Virus record (IMG/VR): IMGVR_UViG_3300048670_000456
Coordinates: 1 to 28,466 of that record
DNA: 28,466 bases
DNA from: a virus
Taxonomy: Duplodnaviria > Caudoviricetes
Reading direction: 5' to 3' (one strand)
Part shown: in pieces, positions 15,917 to 24,846 of the stretch
How positions within the stretch are numbered: the first letter of the stretch is position 1
Layout of the letters: each line of letters starts with the position of its first letter
Made by a program: the position numbers and the translations under genes
The notes under the pieces: model-generated
What the model saw: only the letters and a program-made list of their open reading frames with translations
The model's database searches: none
What the model was told of the DNA's origin: nothing

Positions 15917-16951
15917 TTATTGATTAAAAGTAACATTTGATAAAAACTCTTTTCGCTTATCAAATATTTCTTGTCTGCTCTCCCCCTTACAAGCATAAGT
16001 TAGCCAAGAATATGCCTTGTCGTAATTTGCGATTGGTAAACTTAAATTATTAAAATTTAAAGCATCAACATCTTTTATTGATTGCCATTTTAAATTTTTA
16101 ATTTCTTTAAATGGATTTGATAAAATTCTTCCTATTAAAAACTTTTTGCTAGGAAGTTTAATATCAAGACTATTAGTTTCCTTTAAAAGGAATTTAAGTA
16201 ATCTTATATAAAAATCTTTATCGTAGTATGTGGCAATAGTGTCTAAATAAGTAGATAATCTGCAATTAATATCTATAGGATAAAACTTATCTTTATATTT
16301 AATTGTTTGAATATAAATTAAATTATTAGTTAATCCCTGTTTCCAAAAATTGTTACATGGTTCGGTATTTATTTCATAATCTTCATAATAAGAATAATCA
16401 TAAAAAGAACCACCCTCAGATATAGCCATATACATTTTGGCAAACACAGAAACGCAATCATCTCTTTGTATTACACTAAAGGTATAAACACCTTCGTGTT
16501 CAACATAAGGCATTATTAAATAATCAACTAAAGAACCATTAAAACTAATGACGTTATTTGTTTTAATTAAATGCTCTTTAAAATGTTTAGTTGAATTAAA
16601 TTTTTTATAACCCCACTCGTGTACTGTATGAACCCCACTTGATGTATCTGGTTTAACAAATATTTCTCCATCAATTTTAGAGTTATCTAAGTCATTAACT
16701 GTTTTAATTATCTCAAAAGGAAGTATATCAAATCCACATTTTGAAACTAAATTATATGTACTTGCTTTAGATACTAGATTTCCATTGTCGCCAAACTTAT
16801 CACTACATGGAATTATAATTTTATAATCTTTTTTATTAAAGTTATTATTATAAAATACATCACATTTTATTTTTAGAGATAAAGAAGCTCTGCTTAATTG
16901 TTCTGCTTTATTAATGCTCTCCCTACTATCCGAAGTAAGTAAAGCAATCAT
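15917..16951 (-). CDS. ATP-grasp fold ligase
   Basis: SKASTY, IFVKPDTSSG, YLIMPYVE and FYPIDINCRLS (variant of EINPR). Confidence 0.75.
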   Translation of the reverse strand: MIALLTSDSRESINKAEQLSRASLSLKIKCDVFYNNNFNKKDYKIIIPCSDKFGDNGNLVSKASTYNLVSKCGFDILPFEIIKTVNDLDNSKIDGEIFVKPDTSSGVHTVHEWGYKKFNSTKHFKEHLIKTNNVISFNGSLVDYLIMPYVEHEGVYTFSVIQRDDCVSVFAKMYMAISEGGSFYDYSYYEDYEINTEPCNNFWKQGLTNNLIYIQTIKYKDKFYPIDINCRLSTYLDTIATYYDKDFYIRLLKFLLKETNSLDIKLPSKKFLIGRILSNPFKEIKNLKWQSIKDVDALNFNNLSLPIANYDKAYSWLTYACKGESRQEIFDKRKEFLSNVTFNQ

Positions 16952-16952
16952 T

Positions 16953-17426
16953 TTACCAGTTTAAACTAGCTTTAATTTCTTCCTGTCCACTTTTATAAAT
17001 ATCAAAAAGTTCTTTAGCTTTAGGGTAAATATCTTTAAAAATTTCTAAATTATGTCCTGATTTTATTTCAAACTCAAAATTTTCTTCTAAGAAAAATACT
17101 GGAGCATTGATAATTACAGTTATATCCTCTGATGTATTTCCATACCAAACAGAAGCAACTTGTTCAGAATAATCTTGAATTAAATAACCATATCTTAATT
17201 CTAAAAGACCATTAGTGCCTTTTTTCTGTAACTTCTCGCCATCAATTAGAATAAGTTGATTATTAGAATTTACAAAAATAAGTAAGTAAGAGTTTGCTTT
17301 AAATGTTGATAATACATCTATAGATTTCCCGTTAATACTTACCCCAGTTTCAGTTTTAAAAAAGTTATGAACTGGGCTTCCTTCAGCTTGTTCTGATTCT
17401 ACCCTGTTTTTAATTATTATTTTCAT
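16953..17426 (-). CDS. Hypothetical protein within the maturase operon
   Basis: 157-aa ORF with 1-nt and 9-nt gaps to neighbours; no motif recognised. Confidence 0.75.
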   Translation of the reverse strand: MKIIIKNRVESEQAEGSPVHNFFKTETGVSINGKSIDVLSTFKANSYLLIFVNSNNQLILIDGEKLQKKGTNGLLELRYGYLIQDYSEQVASVWYGNTSEDITVIINAPVFFLEENFEFEIKSGHNLEIFKDIYPKAKELFDIYKSGQEEIKASLNW

Positions 17427-17435
17427 ATTATTTAT

Positions 17436-18080
17436 TTATTTTGTTAATGTTAATTTATGTCCACCTTTTGACTTACAAATTATAAAAGAAGTCATGCAGT
17501 ATCTTGGGTTCTTCTCTCCACCAACAGTCCAATGTGGCAGATGTCCTTGCCAAGCTACTAACATTCCTTTTTTTGTTTGTATTCTAAAGTGAACCTTGCT
17601 TTCTTCTTTTGCGTACCTATCCCAAATAGGAGTTCCATTTGGATTAGAAAAAACTAATTGACCAGTTTTCAACTCAAAAATACCTTCGTTATAAACCTCT
17701 TGTTTTAACCCTTCTGTATCTGAGGGATAATAAGCAAGTACAACAAAAGTATCGTTATGAGTGTGATTAAAAGTCGCTTTACCATTATGATAAGTATTAA
17801 TTGACCAGTCTTGGTAAAAATCAAAATTATCTAATATCTCTGGTTCGTATAGTTCATTTATATATTCTAAAAAAGCAGTTTCATAAATTTTATTTAATTC
17901 ATCAACAACTTCTTTTGAACCACTTGCTCTAAAATCAACTCTACATTTTGAAGTATGTGTCTTATCGGTTTCTGTTATTATTTCTTTTATTAATTTTTCA
18001 TCAAACCCTTCTGATGTTTTAACTTGAAATATTCGAAGCCAATCAGGATAAAGATTGTGTGAAGCAACCTTTTTAAGCAT
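17436..18080 (-). CDS. 2OG-Fe(II) oxygenase (TIGR02466-like, HxH type)
   Basis: WSINTY..G..FNHTH, VLAYYP, GQLVFSNP and GMLVAWQGHLPHWT...PRYCMT (distal His and 2OG-binding Arg). Confidence 0.85.
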   Translation of the reverse strand: MLKKVASHNLYPDWLRIFQVKTSEGFDEKLIKEIITETDKTHTSKCRVDFRASGSKEVVDELNKIYETAFLEYINELYEPEILDNFDFYQDWSINTYHNGKATFNHTHNDTFVVLAYYPSDTEGLKQEVYNEGIFELKTGQLVFSNPNGTPIWDRYAKEESKVHFRIQTKKGMLVAWQGHLPHWTVGGEKNPRYCMTSFIICKSKGGHKLTLTK

Positions 18081-18085
18081 AATTT

Positions 18086-18664
18086 TTATTTACAATTACA
18101 AGCACACGCACACGCACAATTACAGTTACAATTTGTTCTACAGTTGAAACTTCCGCAATTACAGTTTTGAACTGTTCTTGATTGATAAGTCCCACCTAAT
18201 TCATCAGTTGTTGTCCAACCGCTAAATATATTTTCAACACTTACTGGTTGAAATGAAGATGAATAACCCCCAGCACCATCGTAAGCACCATTATTTTGAC
18301 AGTTTGATGTTGGTATTCCTGAAAATCCCCAACTAGACCATTCCCACCAATTTCCGTTTCTAGGTTTTTTTAAATCAATGGCTTGGTTCGCTACTGTACC
18401 ATTTGCATTTTCGTAAGTTGTCGTAGTGTTGTAGTTAGGGTCTTTATCTAATGGGTCTGTTACACCAGAAGCACTTGAAATTAAACCAGCATAAGGTGTT
18501 GCTGTGTTAATTACTGTTGCACTTGTTGTTGCTCTATCTAAAGCATCAATAGGAGTTCCATCGGCTTTAACCATACCCAAACTACGTGCATCAGCACCAG
18601 CATTAGGTACTACTAAATTGCCAGAACCATCTATAATTTTGGATAGGTTTCTTGCTTTTGTCAT
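18086..18664 (-). CDS. Putative tail-fibre-associated protein with Cys-rich (NC/AC)n C-terminus; candidate maturase substrate
   Basis: Starts MTKARNLSKII 30 nt after the tail fibre stop. Ends NCNCGSFNCRTNCNCNCACACACNCK (10 Cys in 26 aa) and has an internal NWWEWSSWG. Confidence 0.75.
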   Translation of the reverse strand: MTKARNLSKIIDGSGNLVVPNAGADARSLGMVKADGTPIDALDRATTSATVINTATPYAGLISSASGVTDPLDKDPNYNTTTTYENANGTVANQAIDLKKPRNGNWWEWSSWGFSGIPTSNCQNNGAYDGAGGYSSSFQPVSVENIFSGWTTTDELGGTYQSRTVQNCNCGSFNCRTNCNCNCACACACNCK

Positions 18665-18694
18665 TTATTTATTTTTCCTTTTTTGTTTTAGTTA

Positions 18695-21262
18695 TTAAGC
18701 AAATTTAACAATCTCAACTACGTCATTAGACAACAGAGCATCATTTAATGTTATTGTTGTTCCGTTAGTTGCGGTAAAATCTACTCCCTTTATTAATTTA
18801 ACTCCGTTCACATAAACCTGAACAAAGTTCACTACATAAGCTGTGTTAAATACAGTTTGACCATTTGTTGGTGTTATTACTGTTTCTGTAAATGGTAATG
18901 AAAGAGTTACACTCTCATTTCCACCAGCATTATTTAACGTCTTAGTAATTCCGTTTCCTACACTTACTTTTAAATTGAATACGTTTGCAGTTGTGTCGTT
19001 TGCAGTTATTTTAAACGCACCACCACCAACTGTAGCTAATGCGGCGGCGGCTTCTGCGGCAACCTTAGCAGTCTGAGCATCATTCTTATGGTTTTCAGTA
19101 GTATTTCTATAACTTAATGCGTTTGCTTCAGAAGTTGCGGCATTATTTTTTGAAGTTAAAGCTGAAGCGGCACTTGCACTTGCTTCACCTGCTTTTGTAG
19201 TTGATATTCCAGCTTGTGTAGTTGCTATTCCAGCTTGAGTAGTTGCAGTATTTTTATCTGCTAAAGCTGAAGCAACATAACTTTGTAATAACTGTTCTTC
19301 TGTTAAAGAAATCTTTTGGATAACTTCAATGTAAATAACATCACCTGCGTTAGCGGCTACTCCTAAAGTACAAGTATTTCCAGCAGACAATACATAGTCA
19401 GCAGTTGGTGTAATTCTAATTCCGTTTACAAATACAAATACGTTTCCTGTTGCGTTAAAAGCTAAAGTTTTACCATCAACATCAGCACCATTAAATACTG
19501 ACTGATTCTGTGTAGCTGTATAAGTATAATTAGTTATTAATCCTTCAACATAAGTCCCTACGTTTACCCAACCAGTATTATTTTGAGAAACATAAACTTT
19601 TAATCTTGTAGTTGCGGTGTCAAACCAAATAGCACCATTTGCAGGGTTGTTTGGTGGTGTAGTTGAATAAGTATAAGCCGCATTAAAACTATTTAAAGAT
19701 TGTAAACTTGAAGCGGCACTTGCGGCACTAGCAGTTGCAGAGTTCTGAGAAGCAGTTGCAGAGTTAGCACTTGCTGTTGCAGAGTTTGCACTATTAGTTG
19801 CTGAAGTTTGTGCTGAATTTTTAAACCCTTCAGTAGTATTTTTAAATCCTTCTGTAGTATTTTTATAACCTAATGTAGTTGATACATAACCTTGAAGTGT
19901 TTGTTCTTCTACTGTTTGTAATTTTCTAAATACTTGTATGTAAACAACATCTCCATTTATTAAAGGAGAAACAAAAGTAACTCTAGCGACATTATTATTT
20001 TTACTTAAAGTATAATCTGCTGTTGGAATAATTCTAAGACCATTAACAAATACGTTTACTAAACTGTTTTCCGCATAATCAAATACTGCGGCATTTGCAT
20101 TGTTAGAAGCACCCTCTACATAAGAAGGAGTGCCAGTAATATCATACCTATAATCATTAACTAAATTTTGAATATAATCTGAAGCTATTTGCCAACCATT
20201 AGCAGTATAAACTCTTAAATTTGAATTAGCACTGTCGTACCATAAATCTCCAATATCTAATGAAGTTGTAGGTGCTGTTGCAGATATTCTGTATCTTTCG
20301 TTAAAACTATTAATTCCAGCTAAATTTCCTGAAACTGTATTAACTGCATTAATATTATTACCAACAGTATTAATTATATTTATATTGTTTGATACTGTGT
20401 CAATTTCTGAAACTGCTTCTTGAAGGTCATCAGCAACAGTTATAACTTTTTGAATTTCGTCAGCTAAAGCTTGAACATCTACTGAATTATTAGCTACAGT
20501 AGTTATTGCGTTTCTAATATTATAAACACCTGTAATTTGTGTAGTTAATCCAGCAAGTGTTCCAATGTTATTAGTTGGGGTAATTTGTCCAGCTACAGCA
20601 GTGATGTTTGCGTTTGCACCTGCGGCAGTATTTATATTTGCTGAATTAGCAACTACTGCATTTATGTTTGTAGCATTTGAAACTGCTGAATTAATATTTG
20701 CAGAATTAGAAGCTACTGAATTAATATTTGTACTATTAGAATTAACAGAATTAATAGTTGCAATATTACTAGCTACTGAATTAACATTAGCTATATTTGA
20801 ATTTACAGTATTAATTGCTGGAAGATTTGTAGTTAAAAATACTTTGTTAACTGCGTCGTTGTCATTTACAGGACTAGCTACATTTGTAATTCTTTTATTA
20901 TCTGCTTCCCATTGAAAATTAGAAGTATTTACTCTTAATGAGTCTGATGTATTATCAATAGCTTCTTGCCCTAAGAAAAATCCTTGTTTGCTATCTGTAT
21001 CTAAATCTATTTCTTTTAATACCGATCCAGATGCATAATCTGTTAATCTTGAAGCTTGACTTGAATTTCTAGTGAATTGAACTGCAGCTCCAGCAACAGG
21101 CGCAACTGCTAATGTAGCAACTGTTCCTCCTGATGATAAAGTAAATGCAGTTGGTACTCCATTAACTGTACAAGTTACGTGATTTGCACTTATATAATCA
21201 AAAGTGATTGAAAATGAATTAATTGACCCGTTTCCGGTGTATCTTACAAATGAATTTGCCAT
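18695..21262 (-). CDS. Tail fibre protein (T7 gp17-like N-terminal anchor)
   Basis: MANSFVRYTGNGS..FSITFDYI..HV..VNGV anchor; RITNVASPVNDNDAVNK; Asn/Ala-rich shaft repeats; three VxVNG..DY/FT..DV modules. Confidence 0.9.
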   Translation of the reverse strand: MANSFVRYTGNGSINSFSITFDYISANHVTCTVNGVPTAFTLSSGGTVATLAVAPVAGAAVQFTRNSSQASRLTDYASGSVLKEIDLDTDSKQGFFLGQEAIDNTSDSLRVNTSNFQWEADNKRITNVASPVNDNDAVNKVFLTTNLPAINTVNSNIANVNSVASNIATINSVNSNSTNINSVASNSANINSAVSNATNINAVVANSANINTAAGANANITAVAGQITPTNNIGTLAGLTTQITGVYNIRNAITTVANNSVDVQALADEIQKVITVADDLQEAVSEIDTVSNNINIINTVGNNINAVNTVSGNLAGINSFNERYRISATAPTTSLDIGDLWYDSANSNLRVYTANGWQIASDYIQNLVNDYRYDITGTPSYVEGASNNANAAVFDYAENSLVNVFVNGLRIIPTADYTLSKNNNVARVTFVSPLINGDVVYIQVFRKLQTVEEQTLQGYVSTTLGYKNTTEGFKNTTEGFKNSAQTSATNSANSATASANSATASQNSATASAASAASSLQSLNSFNAAYTYSTTPPNNPANGAIWFDTATTRLKVYVSQNNTGWVNVGTYVEGLITNYTYTATQNQSVFNGADVDGKTLAFNATGNVFVFVNGIRITPTADYVLSAGNTCTLGVAANAGDVIYIEVIQKISLTEEQLLQSYVASALADKNTATTQAGIATTQAGISTTKAGEASASAASALTSKNNAATSEANALSYRNTTENHKNDAQTAKVAAEAAAALATVGGGAFKITANDTTANVFNLKVSVGNGITKTLNNAGGNESVTLSLPFTETVITPTNGQTVFNTAYVVNFVQVYVNGVKLIKGVDFTATNGTTITLNDALLSNDVVEIVKFA
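20620..20812 (-). repeat. Degenerate 30-bp (10-aa) coding tandem repeat in the fibre shaft
   Basis: INTVNSNIAN / VNSVASNIAT / INSVNSNSTN / INSVASNSAN / INSAVSNATN / INAVVANSAN. Confidence 0.8.
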
Positions 21263-21265
21263 TAT

Positions 21266-24200
21266 TTAATATAGTAATATTTTCTGAAAATTTTCTTGAT
21301 TCTTATCTAAACGTGTACCAGTAGTAGATTTTAGTAAGTTTCCTTGTTGTTTTGCTAGTTTTGTTTGTTGTTCTTTTATTTCTGGGTAAGCTTTTAGTGT
21401 TTCAGCCCAAGCTTTAGTTTTAAAACTATCATACCAAGTTTTAGCTAATAACTCTTTTTTGCCATCAAATAATTCATTACCTTCTTGTGCATTTAGCCAC
21501 GATGATCCTTGCATTTTATAAGCAAAATAATCATGTATTTTTTTACCATCAACAGTAACAACACCAACTTGTTGTCTCCAAAAATCTAATGCTGTTTGAC
21601 CTGTTTTAGCATTTTTAATTGACGCCAAATCTATTTTGTCTTTGTATTGTTCTGGTGGTGTTAATTTAATTTTTAAAGCAGCTAATTGTAAAAATACTTG
21701 ATCTTCATTTTTTAAATCTGATTGTTGACCAACTAATAATGGACCTTGTGCTATTGCACCAATTCCACCCCAACTTCTATTTACAATAAAACCTGATGGG
21801 TTTCGCTCTACAAAATTTCCAAAATAATCTCTTTTTCTTTCTAAAGCCATTCCACCTAGTGGAACTTTAGATATTATTGAATCAGCAAAGCTTCTTATGT
21901 CATAAGCTTCTTGATTGAAATAAAGATTATCTAAACCTAATGTGCTAGGTAAGCCTTGACTTCTTAATCCGGCATACGGAATAGCGTTACCTACTAAATT
22001 TCCAAAATATCTTTCAAAGTTTTGAGTAGTTGGATCTACTAATACATCTAATGTGTCTGAAATAGTTTTGAAATAAAGTTTATTAGTAACATTTTTCATT
22101 ATTGATAAAGGAATTGACAATATTAAATTTTGTCTATCTTCATCATTAATATTATGAGCTTGTTCTGCTATGTCAGCTATAATTCCAAAAATATAAAATC
22201 TAGGATCTGCTCTGTTGTAAGATACATAATGAAAACCATCTCCAATAAGATCTTTTCTTAAAACTGAATATGGTTGCCAACCTGCAGCTCGCCAAGTATT
22301 TTTAATATCTTTATCTCTAGGTCCAGCACCAGTAAGTTTTGGTAACTTAACAGTATTGCCATCTTTTAATTTTACTGTTTCGTATGAAGTTGCATAATCT
22401 AAAGCTAACAATGCAGCAGTTGTTCCTAATAATTGTCTTCCAACAACTTCAGCTCTAGCTTTAGGATCTCCAGTTGCCCAAAGATTTTTCATTTGTTGAG
22501 AAAATAATCCAAGACCTGGAACTGTTGATTCAAAATTTCTCCAAATATTAGTTGGAGTTCTAATAAATATTGCAAATGGTCTTAATAATGGAACTCTATT
22601 AAAGAATTCATTAAGTGCACCACCAATATTTAAGTATCTTCCGTCTTTTAATGAACTAGTAAAAGAGGCTTGTCTTGCATATTCTAAAGCGTCTTTAGCA
22701 AACGGACTAGTTTCCAATGCAGCTTTGCCAGTTTCGTCAAAGCCTTCTTTCATTATTTTTAAAATATTAGCTTTAGCTTCTTTTGAACCTAGTTCTAAAC
22801 CTCTTTCTAAAGTGTTTTGAATAGCCCATGAATATAAACGGCCTCTATAATTAGTTTGTTTTATAATCTCATCACCACTTAATAATAGACGTTGAGGAAA
22901 CAACGCAAATTTAGAAAACCAATCTGCGACAGTTCCAGCACTACCAGTTAAGTTCCATGTTTCAGCACTTAATGGATTAATTAATTTACCACCTCTTGTT
23001 TTTGTAAACTCAGCTGCAGAATTTTTAACATCTAATATTGACTCACCATTTCTAAATGCAAGAGATGTATATTTCCAAATTTCTTTATAACCAAGAATCA
23101 TACCTTGATAATGAGCTGCACCTATTTGAATTGTTTTCCAATCTCGTCTTGCAGCAGCTCCACCCATAACAGCTATAGGTTTTAAAATTGTTTCGCCTAT
23201 TCCTGATGTTATGTTAACTAAATTAGTAACAATACCTGAAACTAATGAGTTAGCATAAAGACTATTAAAGGCATCAATTGATCTTTGAAATTTAGATTTA
23301 GTTATAGCGTGTATAAACTCAGCATCATCATAACTTTTACCAACTGTATTTTTTATTGCTGAAAATGTACTACCACCATATTGTGTAATATCATCTGTTA
23401 ATTTTTGAATATCTAATAATCCAGTTTTAATATTACCAGCTTGAGTAGTTCTAGCTGCTCCTCTAATTTGTTGTTTTAAATAATAAATTGTATCTTTTAA
23501 TACCGAGTGTTGTCTTGCAACTTCTTCTAATACAGCTTTTGGCCAATTCTTTTCACTTGAACCATATTTAGCCCAATTAGTTTTTTGAAATTCATCTAAT
23601 TGTCTACCCATTTTTTGTAAAATTTCTTTTGTAGCAATTACTCTTACAGGTGAATCTAAAGCTGCAGCAGCGTCTTGAGGTAAAGCTTTAAGTATTGCTT
23701 CTGGATCTGATGATAATATTTTAGCTAATTTTACTACAGTTTCGTTTTTTAATACTGCACTTTGTAAATATTTTAAATCTTGTTCAGCAAATAAAGCAGC
23801 TGCGTCATCAATACTTTTTAATACTTGTTTTGCACTTCCAAAACTTTTAATATTAAAAATTGATTTAATAAAAGTTGATGCATCTTCTTCAGCAGTTTGT
23901 TCACCAATTTTAATAGCTTTTGTAGCTATTTTAGAATCTATATTTTCGTTGCCTTCTACAATTGCTTTTTTAACACGTGGAGTTAATTCCCCATTTTTTA
24001 AATCACTTATTAGTTCACCAGTTTCTTTATAAATTTCTTCTCTTTTAGCTAAATCATCTCCAGCTTTTCTTGAAGTTTTAATAGATTTTATAGCTATACC
24101 TAACATTAGTGGGTATTTTAAAACTGGTGGAAGTACCTTAGAAGCACCTTCAATCCCAGCTACAAAAAGTCCACCAACCACAACTCCTTCTAATGCTCTT

Positions 24201-24841
24201 TTCATACGACCTTCTTCTTCTGAGTCGTCTCCGTCTTTGGCTAAGAATTGAGAAACAGCATTATTTAAAAATACAGAATCAAATTGAACTAACATGTTAG
24301 AAAGATTTTCTTCGTGTGGATCAAATACTGTATAATCAGAAATTGCTCCTGCACCAAATCCTCTAAGAGTATTTTTTAATAAACTACCACCTACTCCAAC
24401 ACCTTTAAGTAATTTGCTAGGACCAATAAAACCTCCTATAAATTCTGAAATACCATACGTAAGATTACCAGCTTCAGTTTTAGGTTTATAAAATGTTGGT
24501 AATTGTTTTTCTTGCCATATTTTTTTAGCTTCCCATTCTTTTGGCGCTATAACTTCTGGAATTACATCTGACCATTGAAATTTACCATCACCATTTCCAA
24601 AATATAAACCACCAAGAGACCATTTTTTATCTAACCAATCTACTTGACTTTCATAACCATCAACTACTCCTTGAGGAATACTAAGAGTCATATCAGCAGC
24701 TGTAGACCAAAAACCGGGTGAACTTTCATTTGGACTTTTAACTAATCCACTATTTATTGGTTTTACAGTTTGAATGTTATCTTGGGCATTTTGATCTATA
24801 GAATTAAAATCAACAGCTCCTAAGCCGTAGTCATTTGCCAT
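21266..24841 (-). CDS. Large internal virion (ejection) protein, T7 gp16 position
   Basis: 1191 aa, helical, directly upstream of the tail fibre; LTGAGP..WRAAGWQPYS motif; synteny. Confidence 0.8.
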   Translation of the reverse strand: MANDYGLGAVDFNSIDQNAQDNIQTVKPINSGLVKSPNESSPGFWSTAADMTLSIPQGVVDGYESQVDWLDKKWSLGGLYFGNGDGKFQWSDVIPEVIAPKEWEAKKIWQEKQLPTFYKPKTEAGNLTYGISEFIGGFIGPSKLLKGVGVGGSLLKNTLRGFGAGAISDYTVFDPHEENLSNMLVQFDSVFLNNAVSQFLAKDGDDSEEEGRMKRALEGVVVGGLFVAGIEGASKVLPPVLKYPLMLGIAIKSIKTSRKAGDDLAKREEIYKETGELISDLKNGELTPRVKKAIVEGNENIDSKIATKAIKIGEQTAEEDASTFIKSIFNIKSFGSAKQVLKSIDDAAALFAEQDLKYLQSAVLKNETVVKLAKILSSDPEAILKALPQDAAAALDSPVRVIATKEILQKMGRQLDEFQKTNWAKYGSSEKNWPKAVLEEVARQHSVLKDTIYYLKQQIRGAARTTQAGNIKTGLLDIQKLTDDITQYGGSTFSAIKNTVGKSYDDAEFIHAITKSKFQRSIDAFNSLYANSLVSGIVTNLVNITSGIGETILKPIAVMGGAAARRDWKTIQIGAAHYQGMILGYKEIWKYTSLAFRNGESILDVKNSAAEFTKTRGGKLINPLSAETWNLTGSAGTVADWFSKFALFPQRLLLSGDEIIKQTNYRGRLYSWAIQNTLERGLELGSKEAKANILKIMKEGFDETGKAALETSPFAKDALEYARQASFTSSLKDGRYLNIGGALNEFFNRVPLLRPFAIFIRTPTNIWRNFESTVPGLGLFSQQMKNLWATGDPKARAEVVGRQLLGTTAALLALDYATSYETVKLKDGNTVKLPKLTGAGPRDKDIKNTWRAAGWQPYSVLRKDLIGDGFHYVSYNRADPRFYIFGIIADIAEQAHNINDEDRQNLILSIPLSIMKNVTNKLYFKTISDTLDVLVDPTTQNFERYFGNLVGNAIPYAGLRSQGLPSTLGLDNLYFNQEAYDIRSFADSIISKVPLGGMALERKRDYFGNFVERNPSGFIVNRSWGGIGAIAQGPLLVGQQSDLKNEDQVFLQLAALKIKLTPPEQYKDKIDLASIKNAKTGQTALDFWRQQVGVVTVDGKKIHDYFAYKMQGSSWLNAQEGNELFDGKKELLAKTWYDSFKTKAWAETLKAYPEIKEQQTKLAKQQGNLLKSTTGTRLDKNQENFQKILLY

Positions 24842-24846
24842 TTAGT

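Noticed and set aside
19040-20812. Tandem repeats as CRISPR array or DGR template/variable repeats
   Set aside because: Repeats are in-frame, degenerate at synonymous positions and lack spacers; no cas or reverse transcriptase gene in the window.
18504-20915. Plus-strand ORFs 18504-18698 and 20565-20915
   Set aside because: Shadows of the Cys-rich protein and the repetitive fibre shaft; their hydrophobic look comes from antisense Asn/Thr/Ser codons.
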